Origin: Eledone cirrhosa
Taxonomy: Eukaryota
Length of the DNA: 64,000 bases
NCBI GenBank assembly: GCA_964016885.1
Contig: OZ024741.1
Span: 197,098,001-197,162,000 of the forward strand
Direction: 5' to 3'
The position numbers and the translations under genes were made by a program. The notes beneath the pieces are model-generated. The model had not been told where the DNA came from. It did not search any database and saw nothing but the letters and a program-made list of their open reading frames with translations. Within the stretch, counting starts at the first letter, position 1, and each line of letters opens with the position of its first letter. Positions 35,271-46,600 of the stretch are shown here, piece after piece.

Positions 35271-35604
35271 ACCATTCCCCCCCCCCCCCCACTCACACCA
35301 ACTTAGCCCCTTAGACCAATCAAACCACAGCAATACAGACATATCTTAACTCCCTATCTGTCCTGTGACAATAACTGCTAACTGCTGCTACTACTACTAC
35401 TATCTTTTCGATTCTTCCTGGAGATTTTTTGTTTATTATGGATGGGCTGAAATGATGGAGCAACCCTAAATATAAATATGAATCTACACATTTCTAGGCA
35501 ACCATGCAAACTTTTATTTCAGATACAGAAAGCATACACCCACCCCAACCACCGCAAATGTCCAACCTCATCTTCCTTCCCTACCATTGATAGCAAAGGC
35601 CGAA

Positions 35605-36085
35605 ATTTCTGAATTGGCACCATCAACATGAGCACAATGACAGGAAGAACAGAAGAGATTGTAGAGATGCTAGAGTGAAAGAAAATTGATGTATGCTGTG
35701 TGCAAGAGGAGAGAATTGGCTAGACTCCTTGTAGGAAAAAAACAGTGCTACAAATTTTTCTGACAATGGACTGGGGGGGGGGGAGTAGATATCTTATTAG
35801 CTGACAATGGTAGATAAGGTAATCTCCGTAAATAGAGTGATCATTAAACTAAGACTAGTTCTGGATAAAACAATAGCTAGAATTATATCCACATACGCAC
35901 CCCAATCTGGGTTGTCTGACGAACTCAAAGATAGGTTTTACGAATCCATAATGCACACGATGGAAAACACTGTGATGGCTTCTACAGAGTCCATGGAGGT
36001 TATGGGTTTGGTGCAAGAAGTGAAGAAGGTATCAGGATCCTAGGATTCTACAATGCCAATGACCTATCGATATGTAACACAAACT
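35605..36085 (+). mobile_element. RTE LINE endonuclease-domain fragment, decayed
   Basis: GTINMSTMTGRTEEIVEMLE*KKIDVCCVQE; VIIKLRLV...IISTYAPQSG; HGGYGFG. Confidence 0.85.
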
Positions 36086-36595
36086 TACGTGAAGATAATG
36101 TGTATGCAACTTACTAAGGCCTAACATATGTGACGAACACGCAAACACATACACACTCATCTACAAAATGTGACGTAGTGTTATAAAATGTCCATTGACT
36201 TTAGTAGATTATCTATATATCTAAAACAGAGAATGTCTGTCTGTCTGTCTGTCCGATCACTAAAACTCGAGAACCACCCAACCAATTGTTTTTAAACTTT
36301 ACACATGTAATACTTATGGTCCTGTGAATGTTTTGAGCAAAAAAGATTTCAAATTTTCAATGCCCTACAGACCATATTAGGCGATTTAACGATCTATCTC
36401 TATAACTTTTAGTCTTTCTCTTAATAGATAGATACATAGATATAATGTTGCGCCCTTATGATATCTGTCTGTGTGCCTGGCTGTCTGCATTACAACATTA
36501 TGACGTAGCTGTGTGTGTGTATGTATATATATGTATATATAGTGTGTAACGTTTTTCGAAATATTTACTTTTGCAATCACCGATTGATTTTTTTT

Positions 36596-36646
36596 AGTTT
36601 CAGAAGATCCCATTAAGGGTGAAAGCAGCGATTCTTTGCTTAAACT
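36596..36646 (+). ncRNA. Hammerhead variant (CAGAAGA core), third copy
   Basis: AGTTT CAGAAGA TCCC attaa GGGT GAAA GCA gcgattctt TGC TT AAACT, within a fragment (36548-36665) ending in TA repeats. Confidence 0.6.
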
Positions 36647-36672
36647 TTAATCTGTTATTTTAATATATATAT

Positions 36673-37004
36673 GGAGGAACATGGCTTAGTGGTTAGAGCA
36701 TTGGCCTTGCAATCGAAAGGTTGTGAGTTCAATTCTCAGACCGGGTGATGTGTTGTTTCCTTGAGCAAGACACTTTATTTCACATTGCTCCAGTTTACTC
36801 AGCTGTAGAAATGAGATGATAGGGACTGGGGTCTCTATTATTCCACTGCAGAGTGGTCGTGGAGGTGCCACGGCAAAAAAGCACCCAGCACTCACTGTAA
36901 ATGAGGTTGGTGTTAGGAAGGGCATCCAGCTGTAGAAATCAAGCCAGAATCAGTTCCCGTCCCACCCTTGCAAGCAGGGAAAAGCGGACGTAAATGATGA
37001 TGAT
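36673..37004 (+). mobile_element. Full-length composite SINE: tRNA head, CORE-like segment, RTE 3' tail
   Basis: A box TGGCTTAGTGG, B box GAGTTCAATTC, CCTTGAGCAAGACACTTTATTTCAC. Tail shared with RTE copy C. Ends (GAT)n. Confidence 0.9.
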
Positions 37005-37009
37005 ATATA

Positions 37010-37343
37010 TATATATATAATTATATATTCGTGTAAAGATATTTGTGCATACACAATAACAAAATATAAATAAAAGTATTTATTTCGCAATAAAGTATTG
37101 ATTTTCTTCGCACAGAAAAAACCCTGGTAATCTGAGACAAAGTTTTTTTATAAGCACAAAATGTAGACACCATCCCGAGGCCGAGGTAATCCGTACTACT
37201 CTGTACTGTTATATATATATATAATTATATATTCGTGTACAGATATTTTTGCATACACAATAACAAAATATAAACAAACGTATTTATTTCACGAGGCTCG
37301 ATAAGGATAAATATATATCAAATATATAAGAACCCTAGAGCAA
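37010..37343. repeat. Stack of short element ends at (TA)n: direct repeat ~37010-37086 and ~37215-37290, plus tail of the 0.9-kb family
   Basis: ATAATTATATATTCGTGTA.AGATATTT.TGCATACACAATAACAAAATATAAA occurs twice. 37297-37343 is the reverse complement of ~1473-1519. Confidence 0.7.
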
Positions 37344-37374
37344 AACCTGAGCAACGCCGGGCCATTCTGCAAGT

Positions 37375-37526
37375 TTTAGATAAAATGTTATATTGTTTTA
37401 ATCCAAATGAAAATAAAAATTGGATGTTGTTAATCCCGGGGTCTAATACCATTACCTTTAAAATTTGATTTGATTTGGTTGAGCCGTTTGAGAATGCATA
37501 AGGCAAAAGCAGACAGACAGACAAAG

Positions 37527-37535
<9 letters not shown>
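37375..37535 (-). mobile_element. Helitron-like 5' end on the minus strand
   Basis: GAGCCGTTTGAGAATGCATAAGG...AGACAGACAGACAAAGAATTTTATATATA; its reverse complement has the TATATAAAA...GTCTGTCTG start pattern. Confidence 0.5.
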
Positions 37536-37566
<31 letters not shown>

Positions 37567-38404
37567 ATGATGGGGAGGACTTTTCAACTGTTTCAAAGAT
37601 ATGACAACCTTCCTAATGCTGATGACGTGATAAAATGCACTCAGTGAGTACAAGAACGTATGTAAGTGAGATGCAAAGTAAGTAGCTCCACTTGACTACT
37701 TCAAGTCTTGGCAGCAGGGAAAACAGACATGATGATGATAATGATGATATACAAACTTACATATATATATGAATAAATGGACTTAGTTTACACCATACAC
37801 TTCAATAATAAATAAATAAAGAATGTGGAAATCATTATACTTCGACCATGAAAGAAATTGCAGTCATATTGCACAAACTGAAATCTACTTGAATCATAAA
37901 TATAATGGAACTATTCTAAGCCAAAGAGTTGACAGAACAATTGTCTTTTTTTAACCAATCGCAATCATAAAATTAGAATCTGTTTCGCAAATACGATAAA
38001 AAAGAATGATGCTACATTTATTATATTTCTTTTCAATCTCCATGTTTTGAAGTTTGGAATATTTTCTTAATAGCTAGTTGATATACAGTTAAATAGATTT
38101 ATTTGTGTTTAACTGATAAATTAATAAGTTATGGTCATACAGTGACTGTGTCTCCATAATTGCAGTCAATAAAAAGAGTTCTGAAGCTGTTAAAAATGAT
38201 TCTATTCAATGTCATATTTTAGCTATCTCTATAATTCTTTTCATATCTTATATATTTTTATTTGGTTAAACATACAGAAAACGAGAGCAGCATTGGAAAG
38301 GACTATAAATGCCATAAATGAGAGGAAAAGGAGGGGAAGAGCAAGGACTACCAGACAAAGGAAGAAAGAAAGGGTGAAGTGGAGTGGGTGACAGACTTTA
38401 CACC

Positions 38405-38822
38405 TAGGTCAGAGCAGTGTTTCAGCTGCACCCCACAGACAAAATGGCAAAAGCATTTCTATGGACAATGACCAGTGACACACACACTGCAACAGCAACC
38501 TTGTGGGGCTCCTTCTCCAAATGGGCTGCTATCGATCCGATTTTACAGAGGAGCTCAGCTCTCTGGGGTCCGAGGATGCCTGAGGTCTCAACAGTGACTG
38601 GTGGAAAGAGGAAGCGATCCGAAAAGGTCCAGAATTTGCTTGTCTTTCTGCCCTCTGCATTGCAAGCAGTGGTATCAGGGTTTGTGGTTGAGGCGACTAA
38701 GTTGGAGGCAGAAAACGTGTCACAGCATGTCACATCCCAGATGAAGAATTTACTTCCTTCAAAAGGGAAGAGGGTAATTCCATCAAGGCACTTTCTCAAC
38801 TCTCGTACGGAACACCCAGCAT
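38405..38822 (-). mobile_element. CRE-like non-LTR retrotransposon, restriction-like endonuclease C-terminus
   Basis: LDGITLFPFEGSKFFIWDVTCCDTF...FPPVTVETSGILGP...VSLVIVHRNAFAIL resembles the PDG...WDVT..DT...ET.G...QRGNA consensus. Confidence 0.8.
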
Positions 38823-39885
38823 ACTCATGACCGCTGACAAGGTCACTTCTGTTACGTCCAACAACGAAACCCACTCATGACCGCTGACAAGGTCACTTCT
38901 GTTACGTCCAACAACGAAACCCACTCAGCACGCTCCTCTTTGCACTGGCACTCGACGACATTGCCCGCTCTGCCCAGTCGCCCTTCAATGTCTGATATCT
39001 GGGCAATGCAACCCTGGATGGCTCGGTTGAGTCGGTAGTTGAGGAACTTCGGCAAAATCATCCCATCCCTAAAGCTCCTCAGACTCAAGATCAACCTATT
39101 CAAGTCCTAGGCAATACACGTTATCTACAGTGAGGCCGAATTCCACAATGTCATACTCAGCATCCGTTCCATCATGTCTGGGGCATGACTAATGCCCAAA
39201 GACACTGCCTGCATTCTTGGCTCTCCAATTCTCTCGAAAGCCATACAGGAATGCCTGGAGACCAAGCATGCAACCTATCGATGATAACGGCGAAGTTGTG
39301 CCTCATTGATGCGCACCTGGCTTTCTTCCTCCTGAAGAATTGCTTCACTCTTCCAAAACTTTTGTTCATGCCGAGTGGTGCACCCTGACACTCCTATACA
39401 GATTACCTCGGTGAACTTGCCGCCACCATCTGATGCTGTGCAGAACTCATCTGCAATGTCAATTTTGACATCATCGGCTGGCAACAGATAAAGATCCCTG
39501 TGAGTGCGGTGGCCTGCCCATCTGATCCACGAGATCGTCAACAAGACATGACCCAAAGACTGGTGCAGGTTCTGGCCAATTGGACCAGTGAATGCCTCTC
39601 CGTCTCCCAGTATACAAATGTCCACTGTAACCGAGATGACATGAAGTGCATGTCTACCTTCAGGCAGATCAAATCTGGATTCGACCAACACTGCCTCACC
39701 TGCTCTGCTCCGCCTCACAGCCAAACAGTGGCACGTGGCTCAATTCAGTACCCTCTTCATCAACTGGTACCCTTCTTGATGATGAGTGCATTCACATCAG
39801 AGTGGCCCAACACCTCGGCTTCCATGAGTGTCAGCCACATAAATGCTGTTGTAGAGCTGACATCAACGAGTTCGGCCATTATTAT
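38823..39885 (+). mobile_element. Same CRE-like element: RT through zinc knuckle, inverted relative to its 3' end
   Basis: VQQRNPLSTLLFALAL...SPFNV*YLGNATL (decayed QQGDPL/YLDD); AHLAFFLLKNCFTLPKL; GTWLNSVPSSSTGTLLDD...CQPHKCCC...GH. Confidence 0.8.
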
Positions 39886-39988
39886 GCCCTTGCCATTCTG
39901 AGTTCAAATCCCTACGGGGTCGATAAAATAAAGTACCAGTAATGCACCGGGTAATTGCTGGCCTTGTGCCAAAAGTAGAAAATTATTA
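39886..39988 (+). mobile_element. SINE family 1, 3' fragment with internal deletion
   Basis: CTGAGTTCAAATCCCTACGGGGTCGATAAAATAAAGTACCAG...GCCTTGTGCCAAAAGTAGAAAATTATT. Confidence 0.85.
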
Positions 39989-41632
39989 TGCCACCAGAGC
40001 ACAAGCCAGTTCCTCCGACATACTACTCTCAACAACATAATGAGAAGGAGCCTCTACGCAGTTGGCTTCCCATCACAACTGGAGCCAAATTTTTTATTTT
40101 TACTATGAATTGTGAGTTATCGAATGATATATGTGACACAATTAAGATAATAAACAGATTTAAACAACTATTTATCTTGTGATATGTTTTCAAATGTATA
40201 CATCACAATAATGCTGATGAAATTTAAAAATAAAAAAAATTTTTTTCAATACTTATATTATTACATACTTCTGTTCATTAATGCTTTAATTACTGTATAC
40301 TTTTGATCTATAACTGTAATTAGGTTATGCATAAACATGAACATTTTTTTCACATATCTTCCAGTTACATGTTAATGAATGATATCTCAGGATAAAGCTA
40401 GAGAACAACAAAAATAAAATACATACCGAAGTCAATTTTTAGATTTATCTTAACATTTCATCATATGCAAAATTACTGATTAGGGAATGATATCTATAAA
40501 TTAATACATTTGGTTACTCAGAAACATCTCTTGTGCAGTAAGTCTACTAATTAGGGTGATTTTTATCAAACTTCATCATTAAACACATTACACTTTTAGT
40601 AGATAGCAACAAATAAGGCATGTTTGATGAGACAAAGACTGACTATGAATACCTACTAAATAATATTAATTAAAACAAAATAAGTAAAATTTTAATTTAT
40701 ATTGGACAACTTAAAGTAACATATTTAAGAAGGCAATTTAGTTAACATGAATGCTTTCAACATTTCACTAACAAGAGATTATAGTAGAAAAGAAATTAAG
40801 TTTTGAAAGAAAAAATGATTTCACTTATTGATAAAAGTGATTAGAACTGAAAGTGTTGAAAAGTTGTTATAGGTTACAAGAAAATCCAGTATCTGAAAGA
40901 TCATGCATGCAACATAAACATGATTGATATTTTATCTATTTTATGTTATTAGTTTAGAGATTTGATTTAAACTGTCTCCACCCCATCAAGAACTTGTAAA
41001 AATAAACTACTGACAGTTTACAAATTGATTTACAAGTTGATTTATTTTCTTTAAAAGTTCAGCAGCATCAGATTGTTATGAACTGTTTCACGTTCATAAT
41101 ATGAATGATGTTAAGTATGTAGATGCATTCATATAAAAATGCTGAAAATAATAAAAATATGACCTCTTGTGTGAGGCAATCAATATCTTGCTACAAAGAT
41201 GATAATGCATTGGTATGTATATGTAACTGAAACAAGAAACATCTACTATCCCCCTTCCTAAATGAGTCAAACTCACCATACCTCTCATTGCAAATACCTC
41301 AAAGTAATTTACAAAATCATACCTTTCTTTGTTTGTTAGTTCAACCAGTCATGAAATAATTCTAATTAGTTTTTAAATGCTCACAGCATTAAATATGTTA
41401 ACATGCACTTGACTATGTGTTTGTTTGTGCACCTACAGGTGCACAATATTATACTTCTATTTAGCGATTCTCTCATTACTACATTAGTAAGTATGGAGAG
41501 TTCAGGCTTTATAGCGGCATCTCACAAGATCCTAGTATTTGCCAGAATAATTAAAACAATATTGGTCATAATATTGCTTTTTTAACATTGTATAATTGTT
41601 TCTAATTAGCTTCATAATGCTTACTGCATTAA

Positions 41633-41856
41633 CCCTTTGGTTACCATATTTCTAATGAAAGACACTACCAATAATTTTCATTTAATCTTGAAATTTACGA
41701 ATAATTTAGGGGGATTTAGTACTAGATAAATTTATTTTTTCATTATTATATGTTTGAAACGAAGGTTCTTACATAGAATTATGAAGGAAAGCTTCTAAGT
41801 AAACATAAACACTCTAAAACCAAAGGATAGTTTCGGATGGTTTGGTATCAAAAGGG
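41633..41856. mobile_element. MITE with piggyBac-like ends (TTAA|CCCTTT ... AAAGGG|TTAT)
   Basis: TIR CCCTTTGGTTACCA / TGGTATCAAAAGGG. Related decayed copies near 15.98-16.1, 52.87-53.29 and 60.5-60.71 kb. Confidence 0.6.
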
Positions 41857-42394
41857 TTATGAATGCCAACTTAAACTTGGCTATAACAATTTTGGTATTT
41901 TCCACTGTATGTAAGTTATTTTTCAACATAAGTGTTTCAATAATGTGCAATAGAAAATGGAGGTCATATGCTGTCATACAATAGAAACTATATATTTGTA
42001 CTCATCAACACTTAACCACATAGTCAATTATTTCCACATACTCTATAGAAATATTGGTAATATAACTAATGAAATTAAATTAATTCATTTGTTGGGTGCA
42101 GGCTTATCACCAGGCTTTTGTATTCAGGGTAGCCTCAAAACATTTTTGGTGGGCACTCTAATTTGCAATAATTCTAAGGCAAAGTTATTAAATAAATTTG
42201 ACAGTGTAGCATTGAAAAGTAAGGGGTGTAGTGCCATCCAGTATTCCCCCCCCCCCCCACACACACACACCAGGAGGATCAGTTGGGTGGTTTAGACATA
42301 AGAGTAAACTAGATTAATTCAATGTGTTTAAAAAAAGATATTAAGTTTTATCCTTTGCTTCAGATTATTCTTTGATAGGTTTTGCCAACTGTAA

Positions 42395-42770
42395 GCCAAC
42401 CTATGCTGTTGACACATGGAAGAGTATCAACAGAATTGAAAATAGCTTGATACTTTCCAACAAAGATGCCTCCAAAAATTCCTGGGCAATTAGATGGCAA
42501 GACAAGATCACAACTAAGGATGTGTATTGAAGAGTCAATGCCACATGTCTGAGTCTTGTCATCAAGGGCAGAAGAATGCAGTTGGCAGGGCAGGGCATGT
42601 CCTATATGGAGGACAATATCCCAGCAACAACTGCAATCACATGGTTTCCAGCTGGTTAGAAAAGGCCAAAGATATGAAGATCCACCCTAAAAGATGACCT
42701 GTGCAGCTCTGGCACACCAAGGGCAGAAAAAGATAGAAGATAATAGTGGCTTGTTACCATGAAGCTGGAG
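42395..42770 (+). mobile_element. Old RTE-type LINE 3' fragment (different family)
   Basis: TYAVDTW...QQRCLQKFL...WQDKITT...IKGRRMQLAG..HV remnants across frameshifts. Confidence 0.65.
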
Positions 42771-42938
42771 GAACCAGATCACTGGATGTCCAGAAGCCTT
42801 TCTTAGCAAGGTTATTTAAAATCTCAGTTATAGAACATGCAGATAAAGAGATACATCATAATGTAAAAAATGTTGAATGTCACTTTTTATGTTTATTTTA
42901 GTGAAAACAGTATAACTTATCTTATAATTGCCTATCTG

Positions 42939-43036
42939 CAGGGCTGGATTTATAACAGAGCAGACTGGGCATTTGTGTATGAGGGTCCCCCCAAACCTGA
43001 AGTGCCCCGGGCCACCAAGTTCTAAATTCGGCCCTG
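42939..43036. mobile_element. Small hAT-like MITE
   Basis: TIR CAGGGCTGGATTTA / TAAATTCGGCCCTG. Imperfect 8-bp flanks CCTATCTG and CTCATCTG. Confidence 0.6.
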
Positions 43037-43600
43037 CTCATCTGGTTTGCTGGAGTTATCGAATTGTGAATTGTTTTTCAGTATTTGATTACTAATCTCC
43101 AAGAAAAAGAATCTAATAGACAGAAATAAACACAGTAACGAAACCAACATCAGTCTATCATTCAAAATAGCTTTAACAGTCAGCCTGGCCCTCAATACAC
43201 ATTCAATGTATACCAGTTAAACCATCAATCAATTTTCAGTGGTCAGCCAGCATGACCAAATGGTTAAGAAGTTTGCTTCAATCCCACTGTGTGGCATTTT
43301 GAGCAAGATTTATTTACTATAGTCTTGGATCAACCTATACCTTGTGAATGAAACTGTTTGGAGGCCCATCAAATGGACTGTATCTGTAATTCAAAGGAGT
43401 AGCCTTATCACACACAGTGTGAATCTGCCTAAAAATTATGCTATGGATGCATGTGTCTGTAGAATGCTCAGTCACTTATATGTTAATTTCATGAACAGGC
43501 TATTCCTATGATTGAAAAATGAGAACACTCATAAAAAAGCAATGAAGATCCATTCCATATCAGCCAGTCCAGCCATTCATCCACTTTCAATGTGTGCCCA

Positions 43601-46600
43601 CCTGTCATTCCATCCAATAACTATGTACCTTTCCCTGTCGTTCCATCCAATAACAAGGTACCGTTCCCTATCGTTCCATCCAATAACAAGGTACCGTTCC
43701 CTGTCGTTCCATCCAATAACAAGGTACCTTCCCCTGTCGTTCCATCCAATAACAATGTACCTTCCCCTATCATTCCATCCAATAACAATGTACCTTCCCC
43801 TGTCATTCCATCCAATAACAATGTACCTTTCCCTGTCATTTCATCCAATAACAATGTACCTTTCCCTGTCATTCCACCCAATAACAATGTACCTTTCCCT
43901 GTCATTCCATCCAATAATAATGTACCTTCCCCTGTCATTCCATCCAATAACAATGTACCTTTCCCTGTCATTTCATTCCAATAACAATGTACCTATCCCT
44001 GTCATTTCATCCAATAACAATGTACCTTTCCCTGTCATTCCAGCCAATAACAATGTACCTTTCCCTGTCATTCCATCCAATAACAATGTACCTTTCCCTG
44101 TAGTTCCATCCAATAATAATATACCTTTCCCTGTCATTCCATCCAATAACAATGTACCTTTCCCTGTCATTCCATCCAATAACAATGTACCTTTCCCTGT
44201 CATTCCATCCAATAACAATGTACCTTTCCCTGTCATTCCATCCAATAACAATGTACCTTTCCCTGTCATTCCATCCAATAACAATGTACCTTCCCTTGTC
44301 ATTCCATCCAATAACAACGTACCTTTCGCTGTCATTCCACCCAATAACAATGTATCCTCACCTGTCATTCCATCCAATAACAATGTACCTTCCCCTGTCA
44401 TTCCATCCAATAATAATGTACCTTCCCCTGTCATTCCATCCAATAATAATGTACCTTCCTCTGTCATTCCATCCAATAACAATGTACCTTCCCCTGTCAT
44501 TCCATCCAATAATAATATTCCTTTCCCTGTCATTCCATCCAATACCAATGTACCTTCCCCTGTCATTCCATCCAATAACAATGTACCTTCCCCTGTCATT
44601 CCATCCAATAATAATGTACTTTCCCCTGTCATTCCATCCAATAATAATATACCTTTCCCTGTCATTCCATCCAATAACAATGTACCTTTCCCTGTCATTC
44701 CATCCAATAATAATGTACCTTCCCTTGTCATTCCATCCAATAACAATGTACCTTTCCCTGTCATTCCATCCAATAACAATGTACCTTTCCCTGTCATTCC
44801 ATCCAATAACAATGTACCTTCCCCTGTCATTCCATCCAATAACAATGTACCTTCCCCTATCGTTCCATCCAATAACAATGTACCTTACCCTGTCATTCCA
44901 TCCAATAACAATGTACCTTCCCCTGTCATTCCATCCAATAACAATGTACCATCACCTATCGTTCCATCCAATAACAATGTACCTTCCCCCGTCATTCCAT
45001 CCAATAACAATGTACCTTCCCCTATCGTTCCATCCAATAACAATGTACCTTACCCTGTCATTCCATCCAATAACAATGTACCTTACCCTGTCATTCCATC
45101 CAATAACAATGTACCTTCCCCTGTCATTCCATCCAATAACAATGTACCTTCCCCTATCGTTCCATCCAATAACAATGTACCTTCCCCTGTCATTCCATCC
45201 AATAACAATGTACCTTCCCCTATCGTTCCATCCAATAACAACGTACCTTACCCTGTCATTCCATCCAATAACAATGTACCTTACCCTGTCATTTCATCCA
45301 ATAACAAGGTACCTTCCCCTATCGTTCCATCCAATAATAATGTACCTTCACCTGTCATTCCATCCAATAACAATGTACCTTTCCCTGTCATTCCATCCAA
45401 TAACAATGTACCTTTCCCTGTCATTCCATCCAATAACAATGTACCTTCCCTTGTCATTCCATCCAATAACGTACCTTTCCCTGTCATTCCACCCAATAAC
45501 AATGTACCTTCCTCTGTCATTCCAACCAATAATAATGTACCTTCCCCTGTCATTCCATCCAATAATAATGTACCTTCCCCTGTCATTCCATCCAATAACA
45601 ATGTACCTTCCCCTGTCATTCCATCCAATAATAATGTACCTTCCCCTGTCATTCCATCCAATAATAATATACCTTTCCCTGTCATTCCATCCAATAACAA
45701 TGTACCTTTCCCTGTCATTCCATCCAATAATAATGTACCTTCCCCTGTCATTCTATCCAATAACAATGTACCTTTCCCTGTCATTCCATCCAATAACAAT
45801 GTACCTTCCCCTGTCATTCCATCCAATAACAATGTACCTTCCCCTGTCATTCCATCCAATAACAATGTACCTTTCCCTGTCATTCGATCCAATAACAATG
45901 TACCTTTCCCTGTCATTCCATCCAATAACAATGTACCTCCCCTGTCATTCCATCCAATAACAATGTACCTTCCCTATCGTTCCATCCAATAACAATGTAC
46001 CTTCCCCTATCGTTCCATCCAATAACAATGTATCTTACCCTGTCATTCCATCCAATAACAATGTACCTTCCCCTGTCATTCCATCCAATAACAATGTACC
46101 TTCCCCTGTCATTCCATCCAATAACAATGTACCATCCCCTATCGTTCCATCCAATAACAATGTACCTTCCCCTGTCATTCCATCCAATAACAATGTACCT
46201 TCCCCTATCGTTCCATCCAATAACAACGTACCTTACCCTGTCATTCCATCCAATAACAATGTACCTTCCCCACTCATTCCATCCAATAACAATGTACCTT
46301 CCCCTATCGTTCCATCCAATAACAATGTACCTTACCCTGTCATTCCATCCAATAACAATGTACCGTCCCCTGTCGTTCCATCCAATAACAATGTACCTTC
46401 CCCTATCGTTCCATCCAATAACAATGTACCTTCCCCTGTCATTCCATCCAATAACAAGGTACCTTCCCCTATCGTTCCATCCAATAATAATGTACCTTCA
46501 CCTGTCATTCCATCCAATAATAATGTACCTTTCCCTGTCATTCCATCCAATAACAAGGTACCTTCCCCTATTGTTCCATCCTGTAATAATGTACCTTCCC

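Larger units (their letters stand above)
36212..37373 (+). mobile_element. Non-autonomous Helitron-like element interrupted by nested insertions
   Basis: 5' A|TCTATATATCTAAAACAGAGAATGTCTGTCTGTCTG. 3' hairpin CCTGAGCAACGCCGGG followed by C(A)AG|T. Confidence 0.6.

Noticed and set aside
36673-36745. tRNA gene
   Set aside because: A and B boxes are present but run straight into a SINE body, with no proper acceptor stem or terminator.
37050-37115. Hammerhead 3' half (GAAA-TAAATA...TATTTA-TA) on the minus strand
   Set aside because: Stem III looks plausible in both repeat copies, but the CUGANGA half and stem I partner are absent (truncated).
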